From: Oculatellaceae cyanobacterium bins.114
Lineage (GTDB): Bacteria > Cyanobacteriota > Cyanobacteriia > Elainellales > Elainellaceae
Assembly: GCA_033764315.1 (NCBI GenBank)
Contig: JANRJA010000241.1
Location: 1 to 14,152, forward strand
DNA length: 14,152 nucleotides
Direction of reading: 5' to 3'
Positions within the stretch are counted from its first letter, which is position 1. Each line of letters starts with the position of its first letter. The notes under the pieces were generated by a model. The model was given only the letters and a program-made list of their open reading frames with translations, had not been told where the DNA came from and ran no database searches. This document shows positions 1-8,236 of this stretch, piece by piece. The translations under genes were made by a program, and so were the position numbers.

Positions 1-65
1 GCATACAGTTGGCAATACTCATCGACAAAGCGAATCGTTGGTCGAGCCTCTCTTGACGCAGGCAT
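1..65 (-). CDS. IS701-family transposase, N-terminal fragment (runs off the left window edge)
   Basis: Not in the ORF track. The minus strand from ATG at 65 reads MPASREARPTIRFVDEYCQLY..., which resembles the N-terminus of cyanobacterial IS701 transposases (R.A.PT..F.DEYC..Y). Confidence 0.8.
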   Translation of the reverse strand, partial: MPASREARPTIRFVDEYCQLY

Positions 66-136
66 AGGATTCCTGGCACCCTCTCAAATGGTCTATCCCT
101 ATTCTAAATTCCTCTCATTAATGTGACCAAAGAGGG
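1..136 (-). mobile_element. Left end of an IS701-family insertion sequence
   Basis: Transposase start at 65 (-). A putative terminal sequence CCCTCTTTGGTCAC (minus strand, 136-123) abuts the point where oxygenase-like sequence begins. The boundary is approximate because the other end is not visible. Confidence 0.7.
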
Positions 137-138
137 TT

Positions 139-741
139 ATGCGACAGATGGACGGCAAAACGGTTGAGGTATTTGATTATAGTTTCAAAAAACGACGAGA
201 TGTGTTGATTGAAGACCCCAAATTACTACAACACATTAATAATTTAATATTGCGGCGAGTTAAACCAGAGCTTGAAAAGGCGTTTCAATTTAGCATTAGT
301 CGATTTGAACGTCATCTGGTGGCATGTTATGAGGCAACCGATCAGGGTTTCTTTCGACGACATCGTGACAACACCACCAAAGGAACCGCTCATCGCCGCT
401 TTGCTATGACGCTCAATCTCAATGCTGGGGAGTATGAGGGTGGATGTTTGTGGTTCCCGGAATATGGATCTCAGTACTATCGCCCACAGAGTGGAGAAGC
501 CGTTGTCTTCTCATGCTCGTTATTGCATGAAGTAACGCCTGTAACTCAAGGAAGACGGTTTGCATTGTTATCGTTTTTTTATAATGATGACGATGCCAAG
601 ATACGAGAACAAAATCAGCAACATGTGTTGCTCAATAGCGATAGAGTTCAGCCGAAACCAAACCCGGCAACTCCTTCAGTGAGTACTGCAAAAACAAAGC
701 CAGGGTTTCAACCCAAAGCAAATAAAAAGAAAAAACGGTAG
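139..741 (+). pseudogene. 2OG-Fe(II) oxygenase, 5'-truncated (C-terminal part of a probable redoxin/2OG-oxygenase fusion)
   Basis: HxD (HRD), distal His (LLHEV) and Arg (GRRFALL) motifs are present. The ORF starts at MRQMDGKTV, which I recall as an internal GFMR..DGKTV segment in this family. There is an in-frame stop at 124-126 inside IS sequence. Confidence 0.75.
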
Positions 742-817
742 TCCTAAACAAGTAAGGATATGCCACGCGGAGCGCGGTATATCCTTACTCAAAAATCATT
801 ACTTTTAGAGGACTACC
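737..817. mobile_element. 81-bp MITE-like element with 9-bp terminal inverted repeats and 8-bp target duplication
   Basis: Termini GGTAGTCCT/AGGACTACC. Flanking direct repeat GAAAAAAC at 729-736 and 818-825. Internal hairpin AGTAAGGATAT/ATATCCTTACT at 751-789. Confidence 0.8.
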
Positions 818-926
818 GAAAAAACGTTAAGTTGATCTAAGATTAGGACTGGTTTAGCCGTTGCTTCCTCTTGCAATTCAAACGAGAGTGAAGTAATTGT
901 AAGAGAACTCAAAGAGAATTGGGATT

Positions 927-1736
927 ATGCAGGAACGATTTATCAGGACAGTGGTTCTATTCATTGTTCTCACGATCGCATTTGGAATTCTTGAACGTTT
1001 CTTTTACAGCATTCCCAAGCAACCTAAATGGCGACCTGGGGTGTGGCTGGATACTTTTTACTGGTTTTTTACTCCGTTAGTGATTCAAATCATTAGCATG
1101 GTAGCGATCGCGATCGTGTTATTGCCGCTTTATTTGATTTTGGGGCGATCGTTAGATCTTGAGAGTGCGTTGGCGGGTTATGGCCCTGCTGCCCAATTAC
1201 CGCTGTGGCTACAGGGCATCATTATGATTGTGGTGGGTGACTTTATTGGCTATTGGACACACCGCTGGCAGCATGTTCCCCCCTTGTGGGATTATCACGC
1301 GGTACACCACAGCCCTCAAGTGATGGATTGGCTGACAGCGGTTCGCCTACATCCAGTCAATGACATTATTTCTCGTGTTTTTCAAGCGACTCCTTTATTG
1401 CTTTTGGGCTTTTCACCCATCTCGGTTGAGGTATACGCTGTGTTTCTTACAGTCTATGTTGCCTTCATTCATGCCAATATTCGTTGGACGTATGGACCTC
1501 TAAAATATATCTTTGCTAGTCCTGTGTTTCATCGTTGGCACCACACAATGGATGAGGAAGGATTAGGCAAAAATTTTGCTGGCCTATTTCCTATCTTTGA
1601 CGTTATTTTTGGGACATTTTACATGCCTCAAGGCAAACAACCTAGAAACTTTGGGATTTATGGTGAGGGAATTCAGGAAAACTTCTTAGCTCATCTCCTC
1701 TATCCACTTCGTCATTGGACAAAAACGAAGATCTAA
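927..1736 (+). CDS. Sterol desaturase / fatty acid hydroxylase superfamily membrane protein
   Basis: Several hydrophobic helices and di-metal His boxes HRWQH, HAVHH, FIHAN and HRWHH, plus the C-terminal NFAG.FP.FD.IFGT motif. Confidence 0.9.
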   Translation: MQERFIRTVVLFIVLTIAFGILERFFYSIPKQPKWRPGVWLDTFYWFFTPLVIQIISMVAIAIVLLPLYLILGRSLDLESALAGYGPAAQLPLWLQGIIMIVVGDFIGYWTHRWQHVPPLWDYHAVHHSPQVMDWLTAVRLHPVNDIISRVFQATPLLLLGFSPISVEVYAVFLTVYVAFIHANIRWTYGPLKYIFASPVFHRWHHTMDEEGLGKNFAGLFPIFDVIFGTFYMPQGKQPRNFGIYGEGIQENFLAHLLYPLRHWTKTKI

Positions 1737-1746
1737 GCCAATATCT

Positions 1747-2040
1747 ATAGCAACCGAAGCGTTATTTTTTGTAAAAATTGCCCTGTCATGGGTCATGAGC
1801 TATTGACCCTATGTGCAACGCTTCCAGATCCCCACTTTCTAGGGATGTAACGAGACAACTTTCGGTCAGACCCAACGAGAAACCGGCGATCTAAACCCCT
1901 AAATTGCACATCGCGTCATGGGTCACGGGTTATTGGTCATGGGTTGTTGATCGCTGGTATCAAACAGGTACTCAAGGCTCAGGACGATGGACGAATGACC
2001 CTACTCCTAAGCTTTTTTACGAATCAAATAGGATTGCTAT
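1747..2040. repeat. Composite inverted-repeat-bounded element containing heptamer tracts and a nested AGATCCCC element
   Basis: Ends ATAGCAA...TTTGTAAAAA and TTTTTACGAA...TTGCTAT. GTCATGG-type heptamers at ~1785-1805 and ~1915-1950. Confidence 0.6.
1805..1914 (+). repeat. Dispersed ~100-bp AGATCCCC element, copy A (degenerate)
   Basis: ATGTGCAA/TTGCACAT outer stem and CCAGATCCCC...AGAAACCGGCGATCTAAACC. Aligns by eye with 4566-4675 and 12036-12135. Confidence 0.75.
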
Positions 2041-2102
2041 GTATCCCTACAATGTTTTTTGCACTATACCAATTTAGTTTTTGATTGTGCCCGATAGCTG
2101 GT

Positions 2103-2128
2103 TAAGGGCGTTTCGCGAAACGCCCTTA
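2103..2128. repeat. REP-like perfect palindrome between convergent genes (possible terminator/stabiliser)
   Basis: TAAGGGCGTTTCGCGAAACGCCCTTA, followed by a 12-bp tandem duplication CCTTACCGCTAA (2124-2147), inside an ATACC...GGTAT bounded segment (2066-2176). Confidence 0.75.
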
Positions 2129-2175
2129 CCGCTAACCTTACCGCTAATTTGTGACCGTCATCAGTTGACTGGGTA

Positions 2176-4032
2176 TTAGAAGAAGAAACGAGTTCGCACT
2201 ACCCCAATCACAGCATCATCATTGTCTTGTTCGTGATTGGGGGCGGTGAGCCAGATAACACCAGGGGTAATGTCGATGTTATCAGACAGTCGATAGCGAT
2301 AAAACGCTTCTAAGTGCAGCGACACATCTGGGTCGGTGGCTCCTCCATTAATAGTGGAATCCAATTCAGTTAAGCGGGGTTCCATGCCAACCAAAATGCC
2401 GCCTGTGTTGCCTTCACCCAATAAATCTGGGAAAGAAAGACTGGCTGCCCATGTCCACACTTCTCCGTCGCCTCGACCGATATAGCGGTGATGTGAATAG
2501 CCGACCCAACCACCGATCGCCAGCCCTGGTGTGATATCGATGGTGGTTGAGATACCGTAAGAATTGGCGACAACAGCTCGCCCAAAGTCGCTGTTAGCCA
2601 GGTTGCTGCCTGTTGCCAAGCCAAAATCATCGTTGGCAGGGGTGAAACTATTGATATAGGTAAAGCCAACGCGAATGTCGTCGTTGGGGTAGACGATCAA
2701 CTGTGCCAATGCGCCATATCTGCCATTAAATAAGCCCTGGCTAGGGGATGGGTCGCCTGCGTCGGGGGTGAGATAACCCAGGTTTAGTTCGAGGTTGTCG
2801 TTAAAGAAGTGCCGGAGTCCTAATCCTGCCCCATAGGAATAGTTGTAAATGGGGTTACGCAAGCCAAACAGTGAAACGGCAACTCCATCTAAGTAAGGAG
2901 TTAGTTGAGCCGAGGCATCAAGATCCACAAAGCCATTTCCGGTGGCAGCAAGGTAAACGTTAGTGTTGTCACCAATGGGGAAACGATAGCGCAACAGAGA
3001 CAAATCCACTTCATTGTTGCTGTCTCCATCAAACTCAACTCGTCCCTCGTTAGTGCCCAGCAATCCGCTATTAGTGCCACCCAAAGGCTCGATGTTATTC
3101 GCTTGCAATCGGGTCGTGAGTAGGTCTTCGCCTGTAAAGCTCGTTTCTAAATTAAGACGAACCCGATACCCAAAGGTCGGATTACGGGAAATAGGCTCGT
3201 CGTTCGCGTTGTTCCCATCCACCACACTCACTAGCCCAAAAATGGTTTCCCCATTCAGTCGAGTAGTCGTTGAAAATTGATTGGCTTCTAACTCGGCTGT
3301 TCGGGCTTCGAGGGCATCTACTCGACCCCGCAACGTAGCCAGTTCAACAGCAAATTCTTCTTGCAACCGCTGCAATGTTGCCAAATCTTCTCGCGTTACG
3401 GCTTGCTCTAAGCCTTGAGAAATTAACTCATTGACGCGATCGAGACAGGCATTTAATCCGGCGGCAAACTCATAGCGTGTCAGTGCTCGGTTTCCCCGAT
3501 AGGTGCCATCGGGATAGCCTGCAATGCAGCCATATCGCTCAACCAAAGATTGTAATGCTTGAAATGCCCAATCAGTTGGTTGAACGTCTGATAACTGACT
3601 GACCGATGTCACTTGCCCAATGTCAGCTTGCGCTATAGAAGGAGAGGCGAGTTCACGAACTGCTGGAGCGGAATCAGTTGAAATGGAGGGAATTGGAGTA
3701 GAAACGACTGGAGCAGAATCCACTGGGGATGAAGTTGGGGAGTCGAGGTGAGGCGGAGCTGTTTCTCCTGCGGAGACATTGCTTGGCTGTATCGTTGATT
3801 GAGAAATAAGTGATTGAGAAACGAGCGATTCAGCTTCTACAGGGATCGGTTCTTCAAGTAATACTGGCACTGGTACTAGTGCCGCTTCGCCGTTAGTTGC
3901 AGAAGCTTCAACGGTTGCAGTTTTGTTTAATTCACTGGCGGCGATCGCTGGAACAGAAACAACCAAACTAGTCAAGCCGATCGCTGGAATCAGTAACCAC
4001 GAAGTTTTAAAGCGTTGCGATTTTATTTTCAT
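2176..4032 (-). CDS. Cyanobacterial SLH-domain outer-membrane porin (OprB/SomA-like, 'iron uptake porin' family)
   Basis: Signal peptide, Pro/Ser-rich linker, SLH motif QVTSVSQLSDVQPTDWAFQALQSLVERYGCIAGYPDGTYRGNRALTRYEFAAGL, coiled coil, QFSTTTRLNGE barrel start and C-terminal Phe. Confidence 0.95.
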   Translation of the reverse strand: MKIKSQRFKTSWLLIPAIGLTSLVVSVPAIAASELNKTATVEASATNGEAALVPVPVLLEEPIPVEAESLVSQSLISQSTIQPSNVSAGETAPPHLDSPTSSPVDSAPVVSTPIPSISTDSAPAVRELASPSIAQADIGQVTSVSQLSDVQPTDWAFQALQSLVERYGCIAGYPDGTYRGNRALTRYEFAAGLNACLDRVNELISQGLEQAVTREDLATLQRLQEEFAVELATLRGRVDALEARTAELEANQFSTTTRLNGETIFGLVSVVDGNNANDEPISRNPTFGYRVRLNLETSFTGEDLLTTRLQANNIEPLGGTNSGLLGTNEGRVEFDGDSNNEVDLSLLRYRFPIGDNTNVYLAATGNGFVDLDASAQLTPYLDGVAVSLFGLRNPIYNYSYGAGLGLRHFFNDNLELNLGYLTPDAGDPSPSQGLFNGRYGALAQLIVYPNDDIRVGFTYINSFTPANDDFGLATGSNLANSDFGRAVVANSYGISTTIDITPGLAIGGWVGYSHHRYIGRGDGEVWTWAASLSFPDLLGEGNTGGILVGMEPRLTELDSTINGGATDPDVSLHLEAFYRYRLSDNIDITPGVIWLTAPNHEQDNDDAVIGVVRTRFFF

Positions 4033-4473
4033 TTCCTTCCACCACTAAATCACATGAAGATTTAGCAAATAGAAAAGGTTGTTTCCCAAAAAGTTTACCT
4101 TTTCTAAAAGCCAAGCTATCAATTTAGAAAAATCAAAATAGTGTTAAATTTTGAATCAATATTTTCTGAAGTTAGATGTAGACTTTGCTTACAGTTTTCA
4201 TTCCTGAAGCGGTCGAAAACTTAACTCTTGAGAGATATCGAGGGATTTAACACGATTTCAATTTTGACTTTAGAATGAGCCAAATTTTTATTCATCTATC
4301 TAAGGAATAGTGGATTTTTCTCAAAATATTACGCCCCTTAGTTCTCTTTTTAAAGAGCCTAAAAAAGCTAGATACAAGGGGTTTTATAAAGTAGTTTTAA
4401 CAGTCTCAGAAATATACGTTCAATAGGTTTAATGCTAAAGATAGAGGTAGCTTTAAAGCATCTAAGCTAGCTA

Positions 4474-4542
4474 TAGCAGTCCCAAATCAGCAAATCAGTT
4501 ATGAGATGGGCAGTCCCTCTCACAACCGATTTGGGAGCACTA
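4474..4542. repeat. Short inverted-repeat element (TAGCAGTCCCAAATC type)
   Basis: TAGCAGTCCCAAATC / GATTTGGGAGCACTA imperfect termini, inner stem TGAGATGGG/CCCTCTCA, and a duplicated CAAATCAG. Confidence 0.6.
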
Positions 4543-4565
4543 GATAGGTGAATAAAATTAACAAC

Positions 4566-4675
4566 AACCCCGTGTGCGACTTTCCCCAGATCCCCGGTTG
4601 CTGTGACGTAAATCAGACTCCTTTGAGGATGCTGAACGAGCAACCGGGGATCTAAACCTCTAAGTTGCAAATCGC
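4566..4675 (+). repeat. Dispersed ~100-bp AGATCCCC element, copy B
   Basis: AGATCCCCGGTTGCT...AATCAGACTCCTTTGAGGATGCTGA...AGCAACCGGGGATCTAAACC, with a perfect 15-bp stem. Confidence 0.85.
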
Positions 4676-4755
4676 TATCAAGTCATGCGACTTGCGATCG
4701 CTATCAAGTGTCTTGCCAATACGGTATGGTTTGAACGTAAGATTTGGATGGTGAA

Positions 4756-5490
4756 GTGGCTCAGGTTTCCGTCATTATTCCCACATTGAACGAAGCGTCT
4801 TGTCTAGAAAGAACGCTGCGATGTTTAAGCATCCTTAATCCGCCTGCCTGGGAAATTGTGGTTGTGGATGGGGGCAGTCAAGATGACACAGTCGCGATCG
4901 CTCATCAGGCGGGAGTTTCTGTGGTTACGGCTCAACAACGGGGGCGATCGGTCCAGATGAACGCTGGCGCATCCGTCGCAACTGGAGATATCCTCTGTTT
5001 TTTACATGCCGATACGCTGGTTCCAGATGATCTGGTGACTGTGGTTGACACAACCCTGGCAAACTCAGCGATCGCCTGTGGTGGCTTCATTTCCCTCATG
5101 CAAGGAACCCAGATCACCCGTTGGAGTGTGTCTTTGCACAACTATCTCAAGACCTACTACGCACCGTTGCTGTTTCGCCCTCACTTATTCCTGTTTAAGG
5201 GATTGCGCCTGTTATTTGGTGATCAGGTAATGTTTTGTCGGCGTCAAGATTTTTGGCGGTGTGGCGGGTTTGATGCCACCTTGCCCATCATGGAAGAAGC
5301 CGATTTGTGTCTAAAATTAACCCGTTATGGGCGCATTCGCCAAGTCAATCGAGTGGTGCAGTCTTCTGATCGGCGAGTGGCTCACTGGGGGGTCTGGAAA
5401 GCAACCTTTATTTATTTAAGTATTGGCTTATTGTGGGGTATCGGAGTCTCTGCAACTGATTTAAAGCGGTTTTATGAGGAAGTGCGTTGA
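4756..5490 (+). CDS. GT2 glycosyltransferase, TIGR04283-like (arsenosugar-biosynthesis-associated)
   Basis: Motifs VSVIIPTLNE, VVDGGSQD, GRSVQMNAGA, FLHADT, LFGDQVMF, PIMEEADL and SSDRR. GTG at 4756 is preferred over TTG at 4744 as the start. Confidence 0.88.
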   Translation: MAQVSVIIPTLNEASCLERTLRCLSILNPPAWEIVVVDGGSQDDTVAIAHQAGVSVVTAQQRGRSVQMNAGASVATGDILCFLHADTLVPDDLVTVVDTTLANSAIACGGFISLMQGTQITRWSVSLHNYLKTYYAPLLFRPHLFLFKGLRLLFGDQVMFCRRQDFWRCGGFDATLPIMEEADLCLKLTRYGRIRQVNRVVQSSDRRVAHWGVWKATFIYLSIGLLWGIGVSATDLKRFYEEVR

Positions 5491-6173
5491 TTTAAGTGCC
5501 AATCGTAGGAAAGATAGCGAACACGAGTTGTCTGGGACGCAGGTGTCAACGCTGGCAAATACGGTTGAATATAAGCAGGAAGGGATGGAGCTACTTTCAA
5601 AAAATCGGCTTTATACCACTTAAAAATACGACTGCAATAGAGGGTTTGGGTTGAGGCATCATATCGAACTTTGTCAGGATTGGTGATAAAGCGTTGAGCA
5701 TCATCATTCAGTTGAGCATAGACTCGCTCAGGTTGATATGCCTCGCTGCGCAAAAGCGGGCACCCGATCGCCGCACACACCAGTGCAAAGTGAATTCGAG
5801 GTTCATCAAACTGCGATCGCAAAGTCTGGTGTTCAATCGCGTTCAAGCTGTAACTGTTGCCGTCTAACCGATAAACAGGACGTGCAAAGAAGCGAAAAAA
5901 TGAGATCCAATCTGGGATTCCAAAAATAGTGGGACGAATTGAGGCGATCGGATAGACCGATAACACCTGAGCAATCACTAGCGCATTGTAGAGATTGAGC
6001 CATAGGGCTAACTGCTGCTCAGGAGCCACAAATTCTTTTAACGGGATGTGGCTAATCTCAATCAACCATTGATCTAATTCCTCAACTGATTCTGCCTTCC
6101 AGGCTTTGTAATTCACTCGACCTTGTGAATCTACATAACGGTAAAGGAGTTCATTCCAGGTGTGATATTGCAT
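5472..6173 (-). CDS. DUF547 domain protein
   Basis: Motifs GRVNY, LALWLNLYNA, SLNAIEH, EPRIHFALVCAAIGCP, SRIFKWY..DF and YDW.LN. Confidence 0.92.
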   Translation of the reverse strand: MQYHTWNELLYRYVDSQGRVNYKAWKAESVEELDQWLIEISHIPLKEFVAPEQQLALWLNLYNALVIAQVLSVYPIASIRPTIFGIPDWISFFRFFARPVYRLDGNSYSLNAIEHQTLRSQFDEPRIHFALVCAAIGCPLLRSEAYQPERVYAQLNDDAQRFITNPDKVRYDASTQTLYCSRIFKWYKADFLKVAPSLPAYIQPYLPALTPASQTTRVRYLSYDWHLNQRTSS

Positions 6174-6230
6174 GAGCGAGATAGGGTGGAATTCATGCTA
6201 TTGCTGCTTGAAGATGTAGCTTGTTATCCA

Positions 6231-6258
6231 TTTTGGATTTTGGATTTTGGATTTTGAA
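6231..6258. repeat. Heptamer tandem repeat (TTTTGGA)n, STRR-like
   Basis: TTTTGGA x3 followed by TTTTGAA. Confidence 0.8.
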
Positions 6259-6315
6259 ATATCTACGAGAAGATGCCTTTTCTCGATCTAATTTTCAATT
6301 TCAATCGGTGTCAGT

Positions 6316-6437
6316 ATAGTATAGCCGTAGCCACATTCAATGGGGCGGAGGGGGCGGAGGCGAGTCAGAGAGCTTTCCCAGCATCAGGATTTGAGCCATT
6401 GCCTTTGCCGTAAGCTTTCTGACCAAAGCTATACTAT
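6316..6437. repeat. Inverted-repeat-bounded element in a divergent intergenic region
   Basis: 10-bp perfect termini ATAGTATAGC/GCTATACTAT, with internal GGGGCGGAG x2. Confidence 0.55.
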
Positions 6438-6571
6438 GCTTCGACCTAATCTACTGATCGGCTATCGACCGTGATCGGGAGTTCTTGGGCTAGAGACTGA
6501 GGTTGAAATGTTGGGTGCTTAACCATTTCGTAGTCTGCTTGCTGAAGAGTCTAGATAATTTAGGAGAATCA

Positions 6572-7720
6572 ATGATGCAGGACGTTGCTTGGACTCGTCG
6601 CCCTTGGTTTACTCAGGGGTGGCATCGTTATCGGTATGGGTTTGTGGCGATCGCAACCACTCTGATTCTTTTCATGTCTAGCCTGAATGCTGCCGCGTGG
6701 AACCGAACGCAAAGTCCTTATCCTCCGTTTCTTGATCGGTATGTGAATGACTATGGGCAAGTTCTAAATGCTAACGACAAGGCAACGATTCGCACAACCC
6801 TAACCCAGTTTGCGAACGAAACGCAAATTCAGGTTGTTGTGCTGACAGTCAATTCAGTTTTTGACTATCGCACTGGAGATGCTTCTGTTGAGTCGTTTGC
6901 CACACATGTCTTCAATACTTGGGGAATTGGCGATCGCACCCGTAACGATGGAATCTTAGTTTTGGTGGCTCCAAGCGATCGCAAGGTTCGTATTGAATTG
7001 GGAGCAGGCTATGACAGCAATAGCGATCGGATGGCACAAGCCATTATTGATGAAACTATGCTGCCCTACTTTCGGCAAGGGCAGATTAGCCAAGGAACCG
7101 TGGCGGGTGTGAATGCTATCGTAAGCCGCTTTAACCCTGCCTACGTTACCTCTACCAGAGCACCTAATAGCAACACGGATGCAGTTAATCCTTTACCTTT
7201 TTCTTTAAACAATGACTCTGATGGTATTTGGAATATTGTTGGAGGATGTGTTGCTCTGGTTTCAGGTGCATCAGTGATTCATGTATGGAGACGATATCGC
7301 CAGCATCGTTGCCCTCAATGCCAAAACCTGATGACACGACTGGATGAGAACGCAGACGATCAGTATTTAAATACAGAAGAACAAAAAGAAGAAAGCTTGA
7401 GATCAGTTGATTATGATGTTTGGCATTGCCAAAGTTGTGGTCACAATCTGGTCAAACCCTATCAAAACTATCTCTCCGGTTACAGACGATGCTCTAAATG
7501 CGATCGCAAAACGTTGTCGGTCAAAACCCAAAGATTATGCGCTCCTACCTATACTAGTGAGGGTTTAGAGAAGGTCACTGAAACCTGCCAAAATTGTTCC
7601 TACACAAACAGTTTTGAGCGAACGATTGCCCGCTTAACCCGAAATGATGATGACCACAGCAGTTCCTCTAACTCTGGGGGTGGTCATTCATCGGGGGGTG
7701 GTGCATCGGGGAGTTGGTGA
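6572..7720 (+). CDS. TPM-domain (YgcG-like) membrane protein with four CxxC motifs and a Gly/Ser-rich tail
   Basis: YVNDY..., FNTWGIG...NDGILVLVAP.DRKVRIE.G.G, a TM helix, CPQC, CQSC, CSKC, CQNC, and a GGGHSSGGGASGSW end. AGGAGA lies before ATG 6572; the ORF track starts at TTG 6503. Confidence 0.88.
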   Translation: MMQDVAWTRRPWFTQGWHRYRYGFVAIATTLILFMSSLNAAAWNRTQSPYPPFLDRYVNDYGQVLNANDKATIRTTLTQFANETQIQVVVLTVNSVFDYRTGDASVESFATHVFNTWGIGDRTRNDGILVLVAPSDRKVRIELGAGYDSNSDRMAQAIIDETMLPYFRQGQISQGTVAGVNAIVSRFNPAYVTSTRAPNSNTDAVNPLPFSLNNDSDGIWNIVGGCVALVSGASVIHVWRRYRQHRCPQCQNLMTRLDENADDQYLNTEEQKEESLRSVDYDVWHCQSCGHNLVKPYQNYLSGYRRCSKCDRKTLSVKTQRLCAPTYTSEGLEKVTETCQNCSYTNSFERTIARLTRNDDDHSSSSNSGGGHSSGGGASGSW

Positions 7721-7741
7721 GGTCAGCAGATAAGGTAAACC

Positions 7742-8236
7742 ATGAATGTGTTGCGATCGCTCGCTTGGATAGCTCTCAAGAGTTGGATTCGGGCTAAGTT
7801 TCCGGAGGTAAAGCAAATGGCGATCGCGGAGTTAACCCACCAGTTACAGCAGCATGACTCCTCTAAACCATTATTACTAGATGCGAGAACCGTTGAAGAA
7901 TTTGACGTGAGCCACTTACCTCAGGCGCATCGAGTTGATCAATGGATGCTAGCGCGAGGAGAGCAACAGCCATCTATAGAATCGACCCAACAGGCAATAG
8001 TGGTCTATTGTTCTGTGGGATATCGCTCGACTCGATTTGCCCAATCCTTGCAAACAAGAGGGTATTCCAATGTTTTTAATTTAGAAGGGTCGTTGTTTGA
8101 GTGGGTCAATCAGGGATACTCAGTCTATCGCACAGGAGCCGATGGAGTAGAGCAAGTGACTCAATGGGTGCATCCCTACAATGCCACTTGGGGTCGATTG
8201 CTCAACAACACAGTAAAGCAATTCACGCCAGGTTGA
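7742..8236 (+). CDS. Rhodanese-like domain protein
   Basis: LLLDAR..EEF.VSHLP.A, active-site loop YCSVGYRS and NLEGSLFEW. Starts 21 bp after the TPM gene. Confidence 0.9.
   Translation: MNVLRSLAWIALKSWIRAKFPEVKQMAIAELTHQLQQHDSSKPLLLDARTVEEFDVSHLPQAHRVDQWMLARGEQQPSIESTQQAIVVYCSVGYRSTRFAQSLQTRGYSNVFNLEGSLFEWVNQGYSVYRTGADGVEQVTQWVHPYNATWGRLLNNTVKQFTPG

Noticed and set aside
1785..1950. Possible mini-CRISPR array
   Set aside because: The repeats are degenerate heptamers, spacing is irregular, the 'spacer' is itself a dispersed repeat, and no cas genes are present.
2370..3280. Short alternative-frame and antisense ORFs within the porin, and similar ones inside the glycosyltransferase, DUF547, TPM, photolyase, cysA, LEA-like and methyltransferase genes
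   Set aside because: They overlap well-supported genes and show no recognisable motifs, so they are treated as shadow ORFs.
4178..4192. Possible NtcA site upstream of the porin
   Set aside because: The spacing is GTA-N9-TAC rather than the canonical N8.
4467..4670. 67-aa minus-strand ORF
   Set aside because: Made almost entirely of two repeat elements, with no protein-like features.
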